From Epiperipatus broadwayi (Eukaryota; Animalia; Onychophora): a DNA stretch of 64,000 nt. Where the stretch lies: the NCBI GenBank assembly GCA_028023455.1, contig JAQFVV010000008.1, forward strand, positions 1,922,001 to 1,986,000. Direction: 5' to 3'. Within the stretch, counting starts at the first letter, position 1; every line of letters begins with the position of its first letter. Under the pieces are notes generated by a model, which made no database searches, was not told the origin of the DNA, and saw nothing but the letters and a program-made list of their open reading frames with translations. A program made the translations under genes and the position numbers. This document shows, piece by piece, positions 11,480 to 25,302 of this stretch.

Positions 11480-12800
11480 GATAAGGACCTATTCAATATT
11501 GACCACAATAAGCTTGACTTTGAATAAACTAATTAAATAACAAGTAATGAAAATACTGATCAGTTAACAAATATTACTTACTTTCAATATCCAATCAAAT
11601 CAACTTTATGGTCTGCAATTCTCCTTGAGTACAGCATCTTCAATAATGAGTTATTTCTAAGGATATAAGCCTTTTGGATTTCAAATTACTTATAATATTG
11701 CATTTGAAATTAGTGACTCAAACTTTGTAGAGATAACAAAGACATCCTAGTCATTCTTCAACTTAATATGTGAATGATGGACACTGAATAGTTAGAAACT
11801 GTAATGCTAAACAATAAACCTTTTCAAATCATTCATGAAAAAAAATCATTTAGTTCTTGTGCTTGACATTTCTGAAACAAAGCTTATCATTCAAATAATA
11901 AAACAGTCCTCAATATCCATTTGTCCCAAAAGCTACTCTGTTCTTGTGTGTCATTCACCAAATAAATTTCTAACAAAGTAAGATTTTTCCTACCAATAAA
12001 ACAGAGTACAATTACCTTAGATAATCTTTGATATCTTCTAAATGGTCATTCAAAATTAGCTACAGCAATGGAAGAACTATTACTCCCTCTTAATTAAATT
12101 CTGTGTTATTTTACACATACATCCTTTTTAGCATTGCTCTCTCATTGCACATTCATGTGGTAATATAGGAGACTGCCATGCTCATAGATCATAACCTTTT
12201 CTCAATATCTCAATTAATGATTGCACTAGTAAAAATAAGTCCTGAATATTCTTTCATCACTTCAGGATTACCTCCAATTAAGCCAATTCATTTTATGACA
12301 AAATAAAAATTCCAACCTAAAATTCTCTTATCAATAATCTTACAAGAATGCTGATTATTTATGCAACCATGACAATGTTATTATTTTCAACCAAACCAAG
12401 AATGGTGCAATATTAATGCAATTTTGTTATAATAATTGTAAATAGCATCTTCTCATTACATATTAAATATTTCATAAATTAATTTTCTGATAAATGTAAC
12501 TCAAACAATTCTTTAATATGATATCTATACAAAAAATATCAAGATTATTTAGTACTCTGATTATCTAGGATTACTTCCAATTTTTTCTAAATTATTTTCT
12601 TACTACATTGGAGAACTTGGCATTTCAACTGCTGTCAAGATAATCACATTACAACACAACTCGTTACAATCATTCTTAAAATAATTAATACAACCTGGAA
12701 CTGATTCAACAATTCACAATGATCTTCAACTCCACTCTTTATGTTCAATGAAATCATCAAATTAAAAATTAAGCTCAGCCATTAAGTTCACTTTATACAC
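11480..12800 (-). mobile_element. Highly decayed RTE-like LINE remnant
   Basis: Broken RT and C-terminal-like motifs on the minus strand (e.g. KMLYSRRIADHKV). No ORF. Boundaries approximate. Confidence 0.45.
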
Positions 12801-13005
12801 AATCTTATTTAAAGTTATATTCTAATTTCATATCTTACTTGATTATATAAACCACTTTCATACAAATTTTATATTTCAATTTTTAATAAGCAAGAAGATG
12901 TGAAATACATTTCCACTAAGAGTGTATATGTATATTAAAATATTTGCTAAATCTTACTTATGATTTGTCCTATATTATTTTCTGGCTGTAAATGCAATTT
13001 CTAGC

Positions 13006-13514
13006 TGTTACACAGTCCTCCCTTCTCTCAGAAGTGGATTATTCCAGATGCCTCCTTATCTGATCGGATTAAGCATTGTTTGCCACAGGCCAATAGGCTG
13101 ATGTATAGATAAAAACATAGCCAATGATTATTACAGGCCAATAAGCAACGATGCTTGCTGAATCCGAAGGTTTTCAATAAGGTCAGGGATCTGGCTATAA
13201 ATAGTCAGCCTTTTGTGAGAATCAGGGAAGAACGTCTGTCTAACCTGAAAAGACTCTTTGCATTCTCCCAGGGAATCTCTGCTAACCTGAACAGCAGCAA
13301 GTATTCCCATTGATAGCACTACGCTATTTAGTCTACACAGCTAGGCAAGTGCTACAGAGACCGGACCCTGCTAAGACCACTCTAGGCTTGAGGCAAGCTG
13401 TCTTGTACAGCTGGAAGAGCCATACACTCTACCCATGAGGCAAGCCATCAGGTGTAGCTAGAAGCAGTAGGAAGAACCCAGAGTTTACGTTGAACTACAA
13501 TATTCAACATTGTA
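13006..13514 (+). repeat. 5' LTR (truncated at its 3' end)
   Basis: Begins TGTTA. Matches 15955-16455 at roughly mid-90s % by eye, then diverges after TTCAACATTGTA. Confidence 0.85.
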
Positions 13515-13895
13515 GTAGACACTCATAAGTTACAAATCTGTGATTACTAAATCACATTGAAACACTGTCCAAGTAAAATACGTATTTACTAAACAGTGAT
13601 TATTAAAAATCACTTATTTCTGGCAAAATAAAAAAGTAAAATACGTGAATAAGCAGACATTCGTTGTATTTACTAAACAGCCATTGTCAAAATCACTTAT
13701 TTCTGGGAGGAAATATAAAGTGATCATAAATGCGATTGGTGGTTCATAAACCAATCAAAATTGGCATTTTTAAAAAAAGACAGAAGCTTGCCCTAGCGGA
13801 GTAAAAAGTCTGTCAAAAATAATCGTATCGAGTAGTTACTTGCAAATATACAAAATAAATATTTTTCTCACATTACAACAGAGGAAAATAAAAAA

Positions 13896-14711
13896 ATGGC
13901 TAATATAATTGGCTCGATGGAAGCTTTTGACCCAGGGTTCCCTGAGAACTGGTCAAGCTACAAAGAGCACCTGATATTTTATATGCAGGCTAATCAAATA
14001 AAAAAGTCTGAAATAAAATTAGCGACGCTGATAACAATAATCGGGTCGCAGACTTATAATATTTTAAAATCGCAAATTGGGTCAGAAACACTGGCCGACT
14101 TGAATTTTGAAAAGGCGTTGGCGATTCTCACAGAATATTTTCCCCCCAAACCGCTAACAATAATGCAGAGATATTATTTCAATCTCTGTACCCAGACGGA
14201 GGGAGAAAAAACTAGAGAATTCACAAAGCGAATCCGGGCATTAGCACTTATGTGCGATTTTAAAGAGTTCTTAAATGAAGCACTACGCGATCGTTACATT
14301 TGTGGGATGAACGATCATAATTTAAGACCCAAACTATTAATAACGCCAGATATAGATTTTGAAAAGGCTGTAGCTCAAGCCACGCTGGCAGAATCTATAG
14401 CGTGTCAAGTAAAGCCATTACAAAAAATAAATTATACTGTTCAAAAAGTTGAACAGAAGGCTAAGTCTGACAAGCACTCAGTTAGCTCAACAACAATGAG
14501 TGTTAAGTGTTGTTATAGGTGCGATGAACCGATGCACGCGCAAACAGAATGTCCACACCTCCATACTGTGTTCTCATTTTGCAAGCGAGTCGGTCATATA
14601 AGAGCGGCATATCTAAACTTAAAAAGACAAACAGCCAATATGAGAATGGAAAAACCCATTCCAAAAACAACAAGGGCAACTATAAGAAAAATAAACAAGT
14701 TGCCAGTATAA
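13896..14711 (+). CDS. Gypsy Gag with degenerate twin zinc knuckles
   Basis: MANIIGSMEAFD..., LRDRYICG, CYRCDEPMHAQTEC...FCKRVGH. Confidence 0.85.
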   Translation: MANIIGSMEAFDPGFPENWSSYKEHLIFYMQANQIKKSEIKLATLITIIGSQTYNILKSQIGSETLADLNFEKALAILTEYFPPKPLTIMQRYYFNLCTQTEGEKTREFTKRIRALALMCDFKEFLNEALRDRYICGMNDHNLRPKLLITPDIDFEKAVAQATLAESIACQVKPLQKINYTVQKVEQKAKSDKHSVSSTTMSVKCCYRCDEPMHAQTECPHLHTVFSFCKRVGHIRAAYLNLKRQTANMRMEKPIPKTTRATIRKINKLPV

Positions 14712-14739
14712 ATCACATTAACGACAATCAGTCTGGATT

Positions 14740-15800
14740 TATACATAGTATTATAATTAATGATATGCCAGTGAAAATGGAACTGGACACAGGGTCTGCA
14801 GTGTCTATTGTTTCAAAAAAGACTTAATCTGCATACAACCTACTGGACCAAAAGGCTGGAGCTCACAATCGAAAAGGGATGTATTATCTGGGGATCCAGA
14901 GTCGTGATCCCCCTAGCTGGACGATCCCAAGTGCTCAACCTGTTGCATAATGGGCATCCAGGGATAGTCTGGATGAAGATGCTTGCAAGGGCATATGTAT
15001 GGTGGCCAACTTTGGACACAGAGATTAAGTCTAAAGACCACCACTGCTGGCATTGCAAAGTGAATCAAAACATGCCAGCAAAAGATAAAACAGTTCACTG
15101 GCCTTAACCTGAAGGTCCCTGGATGAGACTCCATGTGGACCATGCTGGCCCATGGAACGGCAAATTACTATTAGTAGTAGTTGATTCATATTCTAAGTGG
15201 CTGGACGTAATGGAAATTCCATCACTCCAGACCACTGCAACAATAGCTCTTAGAAGGCTATTTGCTACCCATGGCCTTCCTAGAATGATAGTCTCAGATA
15301 ATGGCACAGCATTCACTGCAGTAGCCTTTAAAAACTTATGTGACAATAATGGCATTGAGCTAGTCTTCAGCCCACCATTTCACCCTGAAAGCAATGGCCA
15401 AGCTGAGAGATTGGTGCAAGAAACCAAAAACTTGTTCACAAAAATCGACACAGGAAGCTGGAACACCCGTATTGCCAGAATGTTATTATCTCAGCACTCT
15501 ACACTGAGTACTGCAACCGGAAAACTCCAGCTGAACTACTGTGTAATAGAACTTTGCGAACCAACTTGTCAGCTCTGATACCCGAGCCAAATGATGAAAA
15601 ACAAGAAAAGGACAAGTCTACCAAATTATAAATAGGGACTAATGTTCTATGCAGAATGTATAGCGGATCTGTTAAATGGATCCCAGCAGTCGTAATCCAA
15701 CAAAAAGGACTCCACACCCTTTTAGTGGAAACAGCAGATGGATGTCAACATCATCACCATCAAGATCATCTGAGACTGGACTATACTGATGCAGCGACAA
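14740..15800 (+). pseudogene. Gypsy protease fused to a disrupted integrase
   Basis: MELDTGSAVSI (14777) is followed within ~60 nt by ELTIEKGCIIWGSRVV, HNGHPG..CWHC, HVDHAGP, SDNG and NGQAER. Contains stops and frameshifts. Confidence 0.85.
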
Positions 15801-15954
15801 GGAAGGACGCTCCAGAGACATGCAGTATAAGCAAGTAGGACCAACAAACTGAAGATGACAACAAACCAGAACCAGCACCGAAGTGCGTTAGCCACCATCC
15901 AACACACCTGCATAACTATGTCCTCTAGGGCTAAATTTTAGCCAGGGGGAGGGA

Positions 15955-16589
15955 TGTTACAGTCCTCCCTTCTCTCAGAAGTTGACTATTCCAGATGCCT
16001 CCTTATCTGATCGGATTAAGCATTGTTTGCCACAGGCCGATAGGCTGATGTATAGATAAAAACATAGCCAATGATTATTACAGGCCAATAAGCAATGATG
16101 CTTGCTGAATCCAAAGGTTTTCAATAAGGTCAGAGATCTGGCTATAAATAGTCAGTCTTTTGTGAGAATCAGGGAAGAATGTCTGTCTAACCTAAAAGAC
16201 TTTGCGTTCTCCCAGGGAATCTCTGCTAATCTGAACAGCAGCAAGTATTCCCATTGATAGCACTATGCTATTTAGTCTACGCAGCTAGGCAAGTCCCACA
16301 GAGTCCGGACACTAAGACCACTCTAGGCTCGGGGCAAGCTGTCTTGTATAGCTGGAAGAGCCATACCCCCTACCCATGAGGCAAGCCATCAGGTGTAGCT
16401 AGAAGCAGTAGGCAGAACCCAGAGTTTACGTTGAACTACAATATTCAACATTGTAAATATTCACTTGTATATATACTGTATATTGTATTATATATTGTAA
16501 ACATAATAAATGTATTAATTGTAATGCTGGTCTTAGTATTATTTACATTATTTTCTGTAGGTTGGATCTGTAATCCAGACCAAACATAA
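15955..16589 (+). repeat. 3' LTR
   Basis: Starts TGTTAC after the PPT, has AATAAA in the extra U5-like part, and ends ...CATAA before the TSD. Confidence 0.8.
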
Positions 16590-17039
16590 CACTAGCACAT
16601 AAAAAAAACATTACAACAAGCAAAATAATGAATATTTGTTAGTCATTATGCAAACAGACTTCCATTAAAGCCTTTGACAATGTTAATCATCTAATGTTAG
16701 CCTGACGTATCTGATCACCGCTTCTCAATCAATCTAGCTTGTGTCATTCTTAATTACCTCTCCAGATTTTAATAATTCTCTTCTTAAAATAATAAAATAA
16801 TTCTCAATTTATTTATGTCATAAATTGCCAATCATTTGTAATTCTTCAATAGTGTAGAATTGCATACTGCTATATAAAACATTGAACAATTACTTAATCT
16901 CATTGAATTACACCATTCCAGTTCCTACAAATATTAAATAACTTAAACTATTTAAATATGTTAATATTGACTTTATAAGTATAATTTCATTTTTAAAAAT
17001 AATAATTTGGATGTACAGATACATGTATATACACAAGAT

Positions 17040-19580
17040 TAATTTCTATGTACATAATACCAGTGATGATTGCAACCAATTCTGTAATTATATTTATTTA
17101 TTGCAAGAATTGATAAGAGCTATCTAATATCAAATGGGATATTACTGGACTTTATGAAGTTAGAAGAAAAGGTGAAAAGGCAATAGATTTAAAAAGTGGA
17201 CATATATTGTATTACAAAGTCAAACATTGGAAGTACAAGTGGAATAAGACTCATTATAAATAAAAACTGAAAGAACAACATTGTGAAGATCGATTATGTA
17301 TCAGAGTAGCAATATTAGTTATTCAATTTAATAGTAGATAATTCAGGTTTATGCTCTAATAAGTTCTCCTTGTGATGAAGATTTAGAGGATTTTTATATG
17401 GATGTAGAAAAGGCTTTTGATCAGACAAAACAACATTTAAAAATTGTTATGGAAACCTTTAATGCTAGAACTGATAAATAATTAAAAGATGAAAGTGCTA
17501 TAGGTAAATTCTCTACAGTGATAGAAATGAGAGGATATAGACTTGTGGAGTTTACAGAAAAACTTTACATTATGAATTCTTGAAAAATACTAATGGCAAT
17601 GGACATGAAAGCAGCAGAATTGGATAATATTATGACTGACAGAAAATATGTATTTCAAGATTATAATGTTCTTAATAAATTCAACACAGGCAATAATCAT
17701 TGATTAGTGAGATGTAAGATATATATTAATGCAAAACTAGAGATAAAAATTATTAAAAAAAACAGCTGATATTTTTGATCTTCAGAAACATTCTAGAACT
17801 TGCAAATCATTTTCAAATATTAACAAATTTTGAACATGATTTAGATTTGAATGAAATCAATAGGAAGATAATTGATAAACTTTGAAAACCTGCAACAAAG
17901 ATAGCTGCTACAAAAAACCAACAATTGACACATAAAATTTCTACTGAGACAAGTCAATTTTTGAAGAAAAAAAATATGAAAGTATATAAAAATGATGCAT
18001 AAAGAAGGATTGAAAATCTAGAATGCTGTAAAATGGTATGAAAAAGTTGATAATGATATAAGAAAGAATAATTATGAATTAGTAAATAAAGCTATAAAAG
18101 AGAATAAAAGTATCAAGAATATAAAACATTTTGGTACTGGTAAGAAACTTACTTCTGCAATAAAAAAAGATGGAACTATCACTAAAAAGAGGGATCCCAT
18201 CATAATGTGTAGAAGAGTTCTATCAAGAATTATATAGTAATAAAGAACAAAAAAAAATGTAATCAAATCTATGAAGAAGAAAAATGCTCTAGGTAATGAT
18301 GAAATTATAGTTGATATCTAAATAGAAGTAGATGAAGAAATGGAAATTTTTTTTTAACAAAATTATATACCGAATGTCTAAATGATAAAGATGTACCAGA
18401 TGATTGGAAGAATGCAGTATTAATATTAACATTTAAAAAAGATGATAATGATGTAAGAAATCGCAGACCTCTCAGTATTTTATCAGTTCTATATGAAATT
18501 TTTATCAAGATAATTACAACTCGTCTCTACAGCGAATTTTAACCAACCAAAAGAATAAACTAGATTTATTTTAATACAGTGAATTATATTAAAGTATTAA
18601 GAAAAGTTATAGAAAGGACCAATAAATATGAGTAGCTATTATGATTTGCATTTGTAGATTATGAAGAGAGATTTGATTCTATAAGCATTTCTTCAATGAT
18701 TAAAGTATTGGATCAAGATCATTTTTTCAATGATATGATGTGAGTTGCATTTTTATAAATATTCTTCAGAATATGACACAATACTTTTGCAAGAAGTATT
18801 TTGTGGATTAAAATAGGAAGCTAAGGAAATAAAAGTAAATTATTTGAGTCATCTAGATTTTGCAGATGATGTAATTGTTTTAACAAATAATGCTTTAGAG
18901 CTTCATAAAATATTGCAAGGGTTATCAGATAAAGTAAAAATGTAGAATTAAAGGGAAATGTTAAAAAGACTAAAGTAATGTTGGATGGATTTTCTTAAAA
19001 GAAAAAAATAAAGATTGATTATTACTACAGATCTAAACATAATGGATGAAATAAATCAAAATTAAACTTGGTTGGAGTGCTTTTGGTAGAAATAACTTAA
19101 TATTAAAAGGAAATTATCTATGTTTGAAAAGGTTTTTAATAAACTTGTTTTATCAGTTTTCTTACATATGGATCTGAGACTTGGACACTTAACAGAATAT
19201 CAATATAGAGACTACAGACCACTCAATAAAGTATGGAGAGATGCATGTTAGTAATAACAAGAAATCAAAAAGAAATACATGAGTGAGATAACAAATAGGT
19301 GTTACTGACCTCATTGAAAGAATATAAGACTGAAGTGGAGTTGGACTGGATGTATTTCTAGAATAGATGATAACAAATGGACAATTGAAACCTTAAAATG
19401 AATTCCAAGAGATTGTAAAAGATCTAGAAAGAGGACATGTGAGATGAATGGATGAAATAATAAGTATGCTAAGGGAATGTGAAGAAGAGGGACTAGAGAT
19501 TGGAAAAGATGGATTGAACTTGTCGAGACTTTCATCCTGCAATGAATTGATATAGTTGGAAATCATGATGATGATATATA
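17040..19580 (+). mobile_element. Decayed RTE-clade LINE (APE endonuclease + RT)
   Basis: NIKWDITGLYEVRRKGEK, IIQVYA, RPLSILSVLYEIFIKII, AFVDYEERFDSI, LDFADDV, TYGSETWTL, (GAT)n tail. Many stops. Confidence 0.9.
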
Positions 19581-21113
19581 TAGCAAATTCATTTTCATGT
19601 GTTTATCAAAAAAATATTATATTTATTATTTATTCATGTATTTTAATTTTAATCTATCACAATGCAAGCTATATACAAAATGTACTTTATATAAATGTCT
19701 GAATATAATTCAATTAATTACAGTAATTGAATCTTTTTTTACAAGTTGGAGAGTGACAGCCATACAGATTTCACTGCTGGAATTTCATTCAACATGTTGT
19801 TTTTGCATTGTATATTTTCAATTATTCAATTATTTCTTATGTCCAACTTATGCATTTTACCAGGACTCCAATAGAAAAATTATATTAATTTTCAGCCATG
19901 CTTAGAATATAAATGATACAAATGAGTTAAGAAGTCAATAATATTTTGCCATTGCAATGATAGAAATATTTTTTGCAAAAGATTTTGATGTTAACAAACT
20001 GCTACCAGAAAACTTAATGGGACATTCTAATACTACAACTCCAAAAATTAATTACTGCAACGATAATAGAATTAATAATGCTAATAACTCACACTTCCAC
20101 AACTAATAACAAAAGATTGAGAATTCTTAAACCACCGCTATTTTTCATAATCATATTTATTAATAAATTTTATTACAATCATAGACGTAAATATTCACAG
20201 CTACCAAGAATACAAAAATTTTGAAATTTCAACACATTTACAACTGATAAAGTAGGTTTATTAAGTTTTTTAAAATCTTTAATTATATTATAAATATTAA
20301 TTCAAAGGTTATCACAAACAATTCTTGAAATAAAGTGGAAATAATATGACTTTAGACCTTTACATACAATGATATTAAAAAAAAAAAAGATACTTGTTAA
20401 GTTGGTTATCACCTGACACAGTATGACTATCTGAGCATTTACATAATAGAAGTGAATCATTAGTAAAGAATCTGACAAGCATATTAATATTTCACACTTA
20501 ATATTATAAAGTAGTTCTTTAACATGCTATACACTGGGAGTACATCAAAACTGGTGACAAAAATGTTAATCATGATAAACAATATTTGCAATACTTGTAA
20601 ATCATAAATTACTGAATTTTAAAATTATCCATGTGTATGTATATATATATATATAGCTAATAATTGATTGCACAAGAAAATATATAAATCAGTACACATT
20701 TGGCTCTTTATTTTCAGTTAATATGTAAATGCAAGCAAAATATTACATTATTTCTAAAAAAAAATACTATAATATATAAAACAGAAATTTTGTTTTTTTG
20801 AGCAAATGTTGGCTTCCTAAAGACTTTGACATCTAAACAAAACATGCATTAGAATTAATTTATCAAATCTCAGAGTTCTCCTAACTTAGTTTTAACATCT
20901 GTTTTAAAAAAACACCAATCTATCTACCTTGATAAATCTACCTACATTATCTATGTAAGCATAAATTATCAGACACATCAAATACTGGACTAGTTTTTAA
21001 ATATTGGCCTTCATTAATCAAATTAATGACCTGAGAATTCCAATGTCCTAAAGTTTATGAACCCAAGTCATACATCGAATTGCTAGATCATTGATTCACT
21101 ATTAGAGTAACTT

Positions 21114-21908
21114 CACATGATCACTATTTCTTATGCTTGCTCTAAACTGTTATTAAAACAGGCAAAACTCTCTATACGTATTGCCACTCAGTGCAAGCCA
21201 GAGTAATCAATGGATGCCAGAAGGCTTGTGCATAAAATCCCCATAGACTACTCATCCAATATCCCCAGACTAGTTCCTGGCTTGTGGCCTTCGTCAGTGA
21301 GGAGCCTTGGATCTGACTGATGGTCACAAGCCAGAAACTAGTTTGGGGATATTGGATGAGTAGGCACTAGATGGGGATTTTATGCACAAGCCTTCCGGCA
21401 TCTAGGGATTACTCTGGCTTGCACTAATTGGCTATACGTAGAGAGTTTTGCCTGTTTTAATAACAGTTAAGAGCAAGCATAAGAAATAGTGATAATGTGA
21501 TGTTTATTGGCTTAAAACTAATCCTGCCTAATAGGATAGTGGTGGTTATGATTATTAAAGAACCAAAGACACCAAAATGTATAGGTACTTGAACTGAGTT
21601 CAGACCTATATGACTATATAAGCTGATGAGCTTGGATTGAAAATATAGTGTTTCAATTTAAGTCTCGTAGTTTTATAGTTAAGTAGAGATAAAAGATGGC
21701 TGATGGGGGGTTGCATTAGATCCTAAGATCTAGGTGCCTCACAGATCCAAGGCTCCTCACTGACAAAAGCCACAAGCCAGAAACTAGTCTGGGGATATTG
21801 GATGAGTAGGCACTAGATAGGGATTTAAAAGCACAAGCCTTCTGGCATCCATTGATTACTCTGGCTTGCACTGAGTGGCAATACGTATAGAGAGTTTTAC
21901 CTGTTTTA
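21114..21908. mobile_element. Family A hammerhead retroelement insertion (13-bp TSD)
   Basis: TSD ATTAGAGTAACTT at 21101-21113 and 21909-21921. Inverted arm 21114-21316, then ~1.3 monomers on +. Hammerhead motifs at 21262-21303 (-, GAAA>GGAA), ~21317-21348 (+, truncated) and 21754-21795 (+, CTGACAA). Confidence 0.92.
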
Positions 21909-22229
21909 ATTAGAGTAACTTAAGAAATTAAAGAATATATATATATCTTTCTAAACACAAACTCAAAAAGAGAATTCTTCTATATACAAAGACATTATTT
22001 ATAAATTGATAGCTCTATTTCTGCAGAAATTTAGTTTAATTAGAAATTCAATAAGCTTGATCATAAGTACTTTACATATACACATTCAAGGATGAATGAT
22101 TACTGCACAGACTAAGAGAAAAAAAAATCTATGTAGTACTTCAACAACTGTATTTTTGGAACATAAATTCCAAAGATAAAAAGACAACAAATAGTTCATT
22201 ATTATTAAATAACGCAATGATTAATCAGA

Positions 22230-24620
22230 ATATGATAATCATCAACATCACTGTCAACTATTATTGAGTCACAGAAGCATGAAAATCTCATAGTTTAATC
22301 CAGTTTCTCCAATTCACAGTGTCTCTTCTCTGCACAAACTTCCTTATTTCTTCCATTCATCTTACAACCTCTTTCTAGGGTTTTTATAATCTTTTGAGGT
22401 CCAGTTCAAAACTTCAAATTGATTATCAATTATTATCTCTTAGAAATATATTCAGCTCTATTCTAATGTTAGTCTCTTAAATATTTCAATAATGTTAGTA
22501 AAATCAGTTTCTTTTCATCCAAGTATTTAATTTTTGATCTCTTTTGTTGTTCCCATAATCATCTCTCTAAACTTGGTTGAATTATCTGAAGTCTCTGAAT
22601 TGCTTTTCTAATAAATGTTAAATCTTAGATCACACTAAATGGCAATAAATTGGAGAGCTGCTTTTGTCTTATTAGATAAGCTATGTGTTTTGGTGATAAG
22701 AATTGGTAACACATCTAATATAAAACTTTTTTTTCTCAAATGCCTGCACATCTTTTAATATTAAGTTATTTCTACCAAAAATGCCTCATCCAAGTTTAAT
22801 TTTATGATTAACTTCATCCATTATGTTTCCACAGTAAAGATAATTTCACCGAGATATCTGAATACCAATCTTATTCTGAGAAATTTCATTAGACATTACT
22901 TAGTTAAGATTTTAGTATTGATTTCTTACTTTTACTGGCTTTTATGTTTCCTGAAGATCTGAAGAAGTATTTGAATTCATCATTTGAAAAATTTAGATGA
23001 CTTAAGTAATCATATATTTTTATTTCCTCAGCCTCCTATTTTAATCTACAAATATTTTTTCTATAAGATAAAAAATTTTGGATGATATAAAATCAACATT
23101 TATCAATAGTAATCTTTTTAGTGTTACTATGTCATCTAATTATTGCTGCAGCATTTTAATATTTTTCAAAATATGACAATATCATGGACCTATATTTTGG
23201 TGTTTCAATGTTTTAAATTTACATTATAGAAATGCTTATAAAAGCAAATGCATTTTCATAATGTACAAATCTAAAGCATAATGACAATTCATATTCACTG
23301 ACACTTTCTATAACTTCTCTCAATAACTGGATAGGGTCCACTATGCTAAAAATAATTTTATATTTAACTTGTTCTTCGGTGTAATTTGAATCTAAATTTC
23401 ATGAAAGACAAATTATAATTATCTTAGTTAAGATCTTATATAAAATTGATAAAGAATGAAGATCTATAATTTCTAATATATTCTTTATCATCTTTCTTAA
23501 ATATCAATATTACTATTGCATTCTTTCAATTATCTGAAATCTTTATCGTTAGATATTTGCCAAATAGTTTTGCCAATAATTTTTCTATATCTTCACCTGC
23601 TTTTTAAAGATATCAATTATAATTCTATCATTTACTGGAGCTTAATTGCATGTCACTCTTTATTTAAAATGCTTGGCAATTCAGAAAAGGTTGAAACTTG
23701 AGTGATTATTTTATTTTTTGTTTATTATAATTGTCTGGAAAAGCCTTCATCCAATTCATGATCTTATCCCTCTTATTACTAGCAGTTCCATATTTTCTTC
23801 TTATTATTGAAATAACTTTCTTCCAATATAAAAATATTTTATATTTTTGAGACTTGTGTTCTTTTCTATAGCTTTCCTTGCCAATTCAAAGTTATATACT
23901 CTTATATCATTATCAACTTTTTTTTTAACATTCAGATATTCATCTTAATAAATTTTAAAATAATTTGATATTCTTTATTTTCTTCATAAATTCTCATCTT
24001 ATTTCAAAATTTACTCATTAATTACTGCTTTTTTGTATTAGCTGTCTTTGTGGCAATTCTTACTATAATATTAGTTATCTTATAAATTTCAATCAAATTT
24101 AACCACCTTCAAAGTCTGTCAATATTTTAAAATGTTTAGCAAGTCCTCATTTAAATTCATTGGAGTGTTTCTGAAGGTTTTAGAAATATAAATCATTGTC
24201 TCTCTAGTTTTGCATTAAACTTACATCACATTAATTTAAATACAATCCAACCTGCTGTATCTCCATTTGGATGCTTCTATGTTCATTTTTGTTTAACAAT
24301 TTTCTCAAAGAAAGAAATTTTTATGAATATGCAATATTTCTTTTTCTGCAAATCCCACAAAATCAGTATCCTCTCTCATTTCTATCATCATAATCAAATC
24401 TATCCACAGCACTTTCATCTTTTAATTATTTACCATTTCTAGCATTTAAAATCTCCCATAACAATTTTGAAATGTTTGGTGTGATAAAAATCCTCTATTT
24501 CTTCATCAGAAGAAGAAATTGTTGGACCCTCAATAAACCTGAAATATCTATATTTGGAATATCTTAATCTTCTAGTTTGGTGTATTATCAACCTCTACAA
24601 TGTGATAATAAGAATTTTTA
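22230..24620 (-). mobile_element. Decayed RTE-clade LINE, related to the 17-19.6 kb copy
   Basis: Minus strand FQVY, SSDEE, KIVMGDF and a GAT-like tail near 22240. Extensively disrupted. Confidence 0.8.
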
Positions 24621-25302
24621 TTTTTTTCCTTAAATAATTTATTAAAAACTTTTAATGTGTTATTTTAAAAAAGTATTTTTGAAAATAAAAGTAAAAAAAA
24701 AAATTAAGATAATCTGCATTGCACATAATCTTCAGTTACTTTCTTGTATAAACCACTCTACTGCTGAGTTTCCATGGGTTTGTGAAAATGAAAATTTCTT
24801 GAATTAAATGGACAAAAAAAAATGCATACTATTTTTACATATTAATAAGTCAAATTAGTTTGTTCAATAATTGAAGATAACTCAAGTATTTGACTACATT
24901 AAAAAGACAAAAAGCAACATTCCAATTAGAGATTACAAGTTATTAAAATTTTGATCATTAATCCTTACGCATGAATTTGTTATTAGTAATATTATTTAAT
25001 CTAAGACATCTAATTGTCGAATGAAAAGTTATCACACTATCTTCTAACCCTCTGTTTCTGTATATTCTGCAAGAAAAGTAGTTAATTTTATATACATTTT
25101 TTTAAGATTCGTATATAAATCTTCTCAATTAAATTAATAAGTACTGTATCTATATTTATAGACTCATAAATACAAATTTCTGTATTTGGAAGTCAAGCAT
25201 GTCTTTATCAGAGACAACCAAAGTTTTGGTTTTTGCTATCCATATGCCATTAAGAAAGCCACAAATATCACTGCTAAAAATAAACATGACAAATAAATGT
25301 TA

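Larger units (their letters stand above)
13006..16589 (+). mobile_element. Non-autonomous Ty3/gypsy (Mag-like) LTR retrotransposon lacking RT and RNase H
   Basis: Similar LTRs at 13006 and 15955, PPT CCAGGGGGAGGGA before the 3' LTR, 5-bp TSD CTAGC (13001-13005 / 16590-16594), with gag, protease and integrase remnants inside. Confidence 0.9.
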
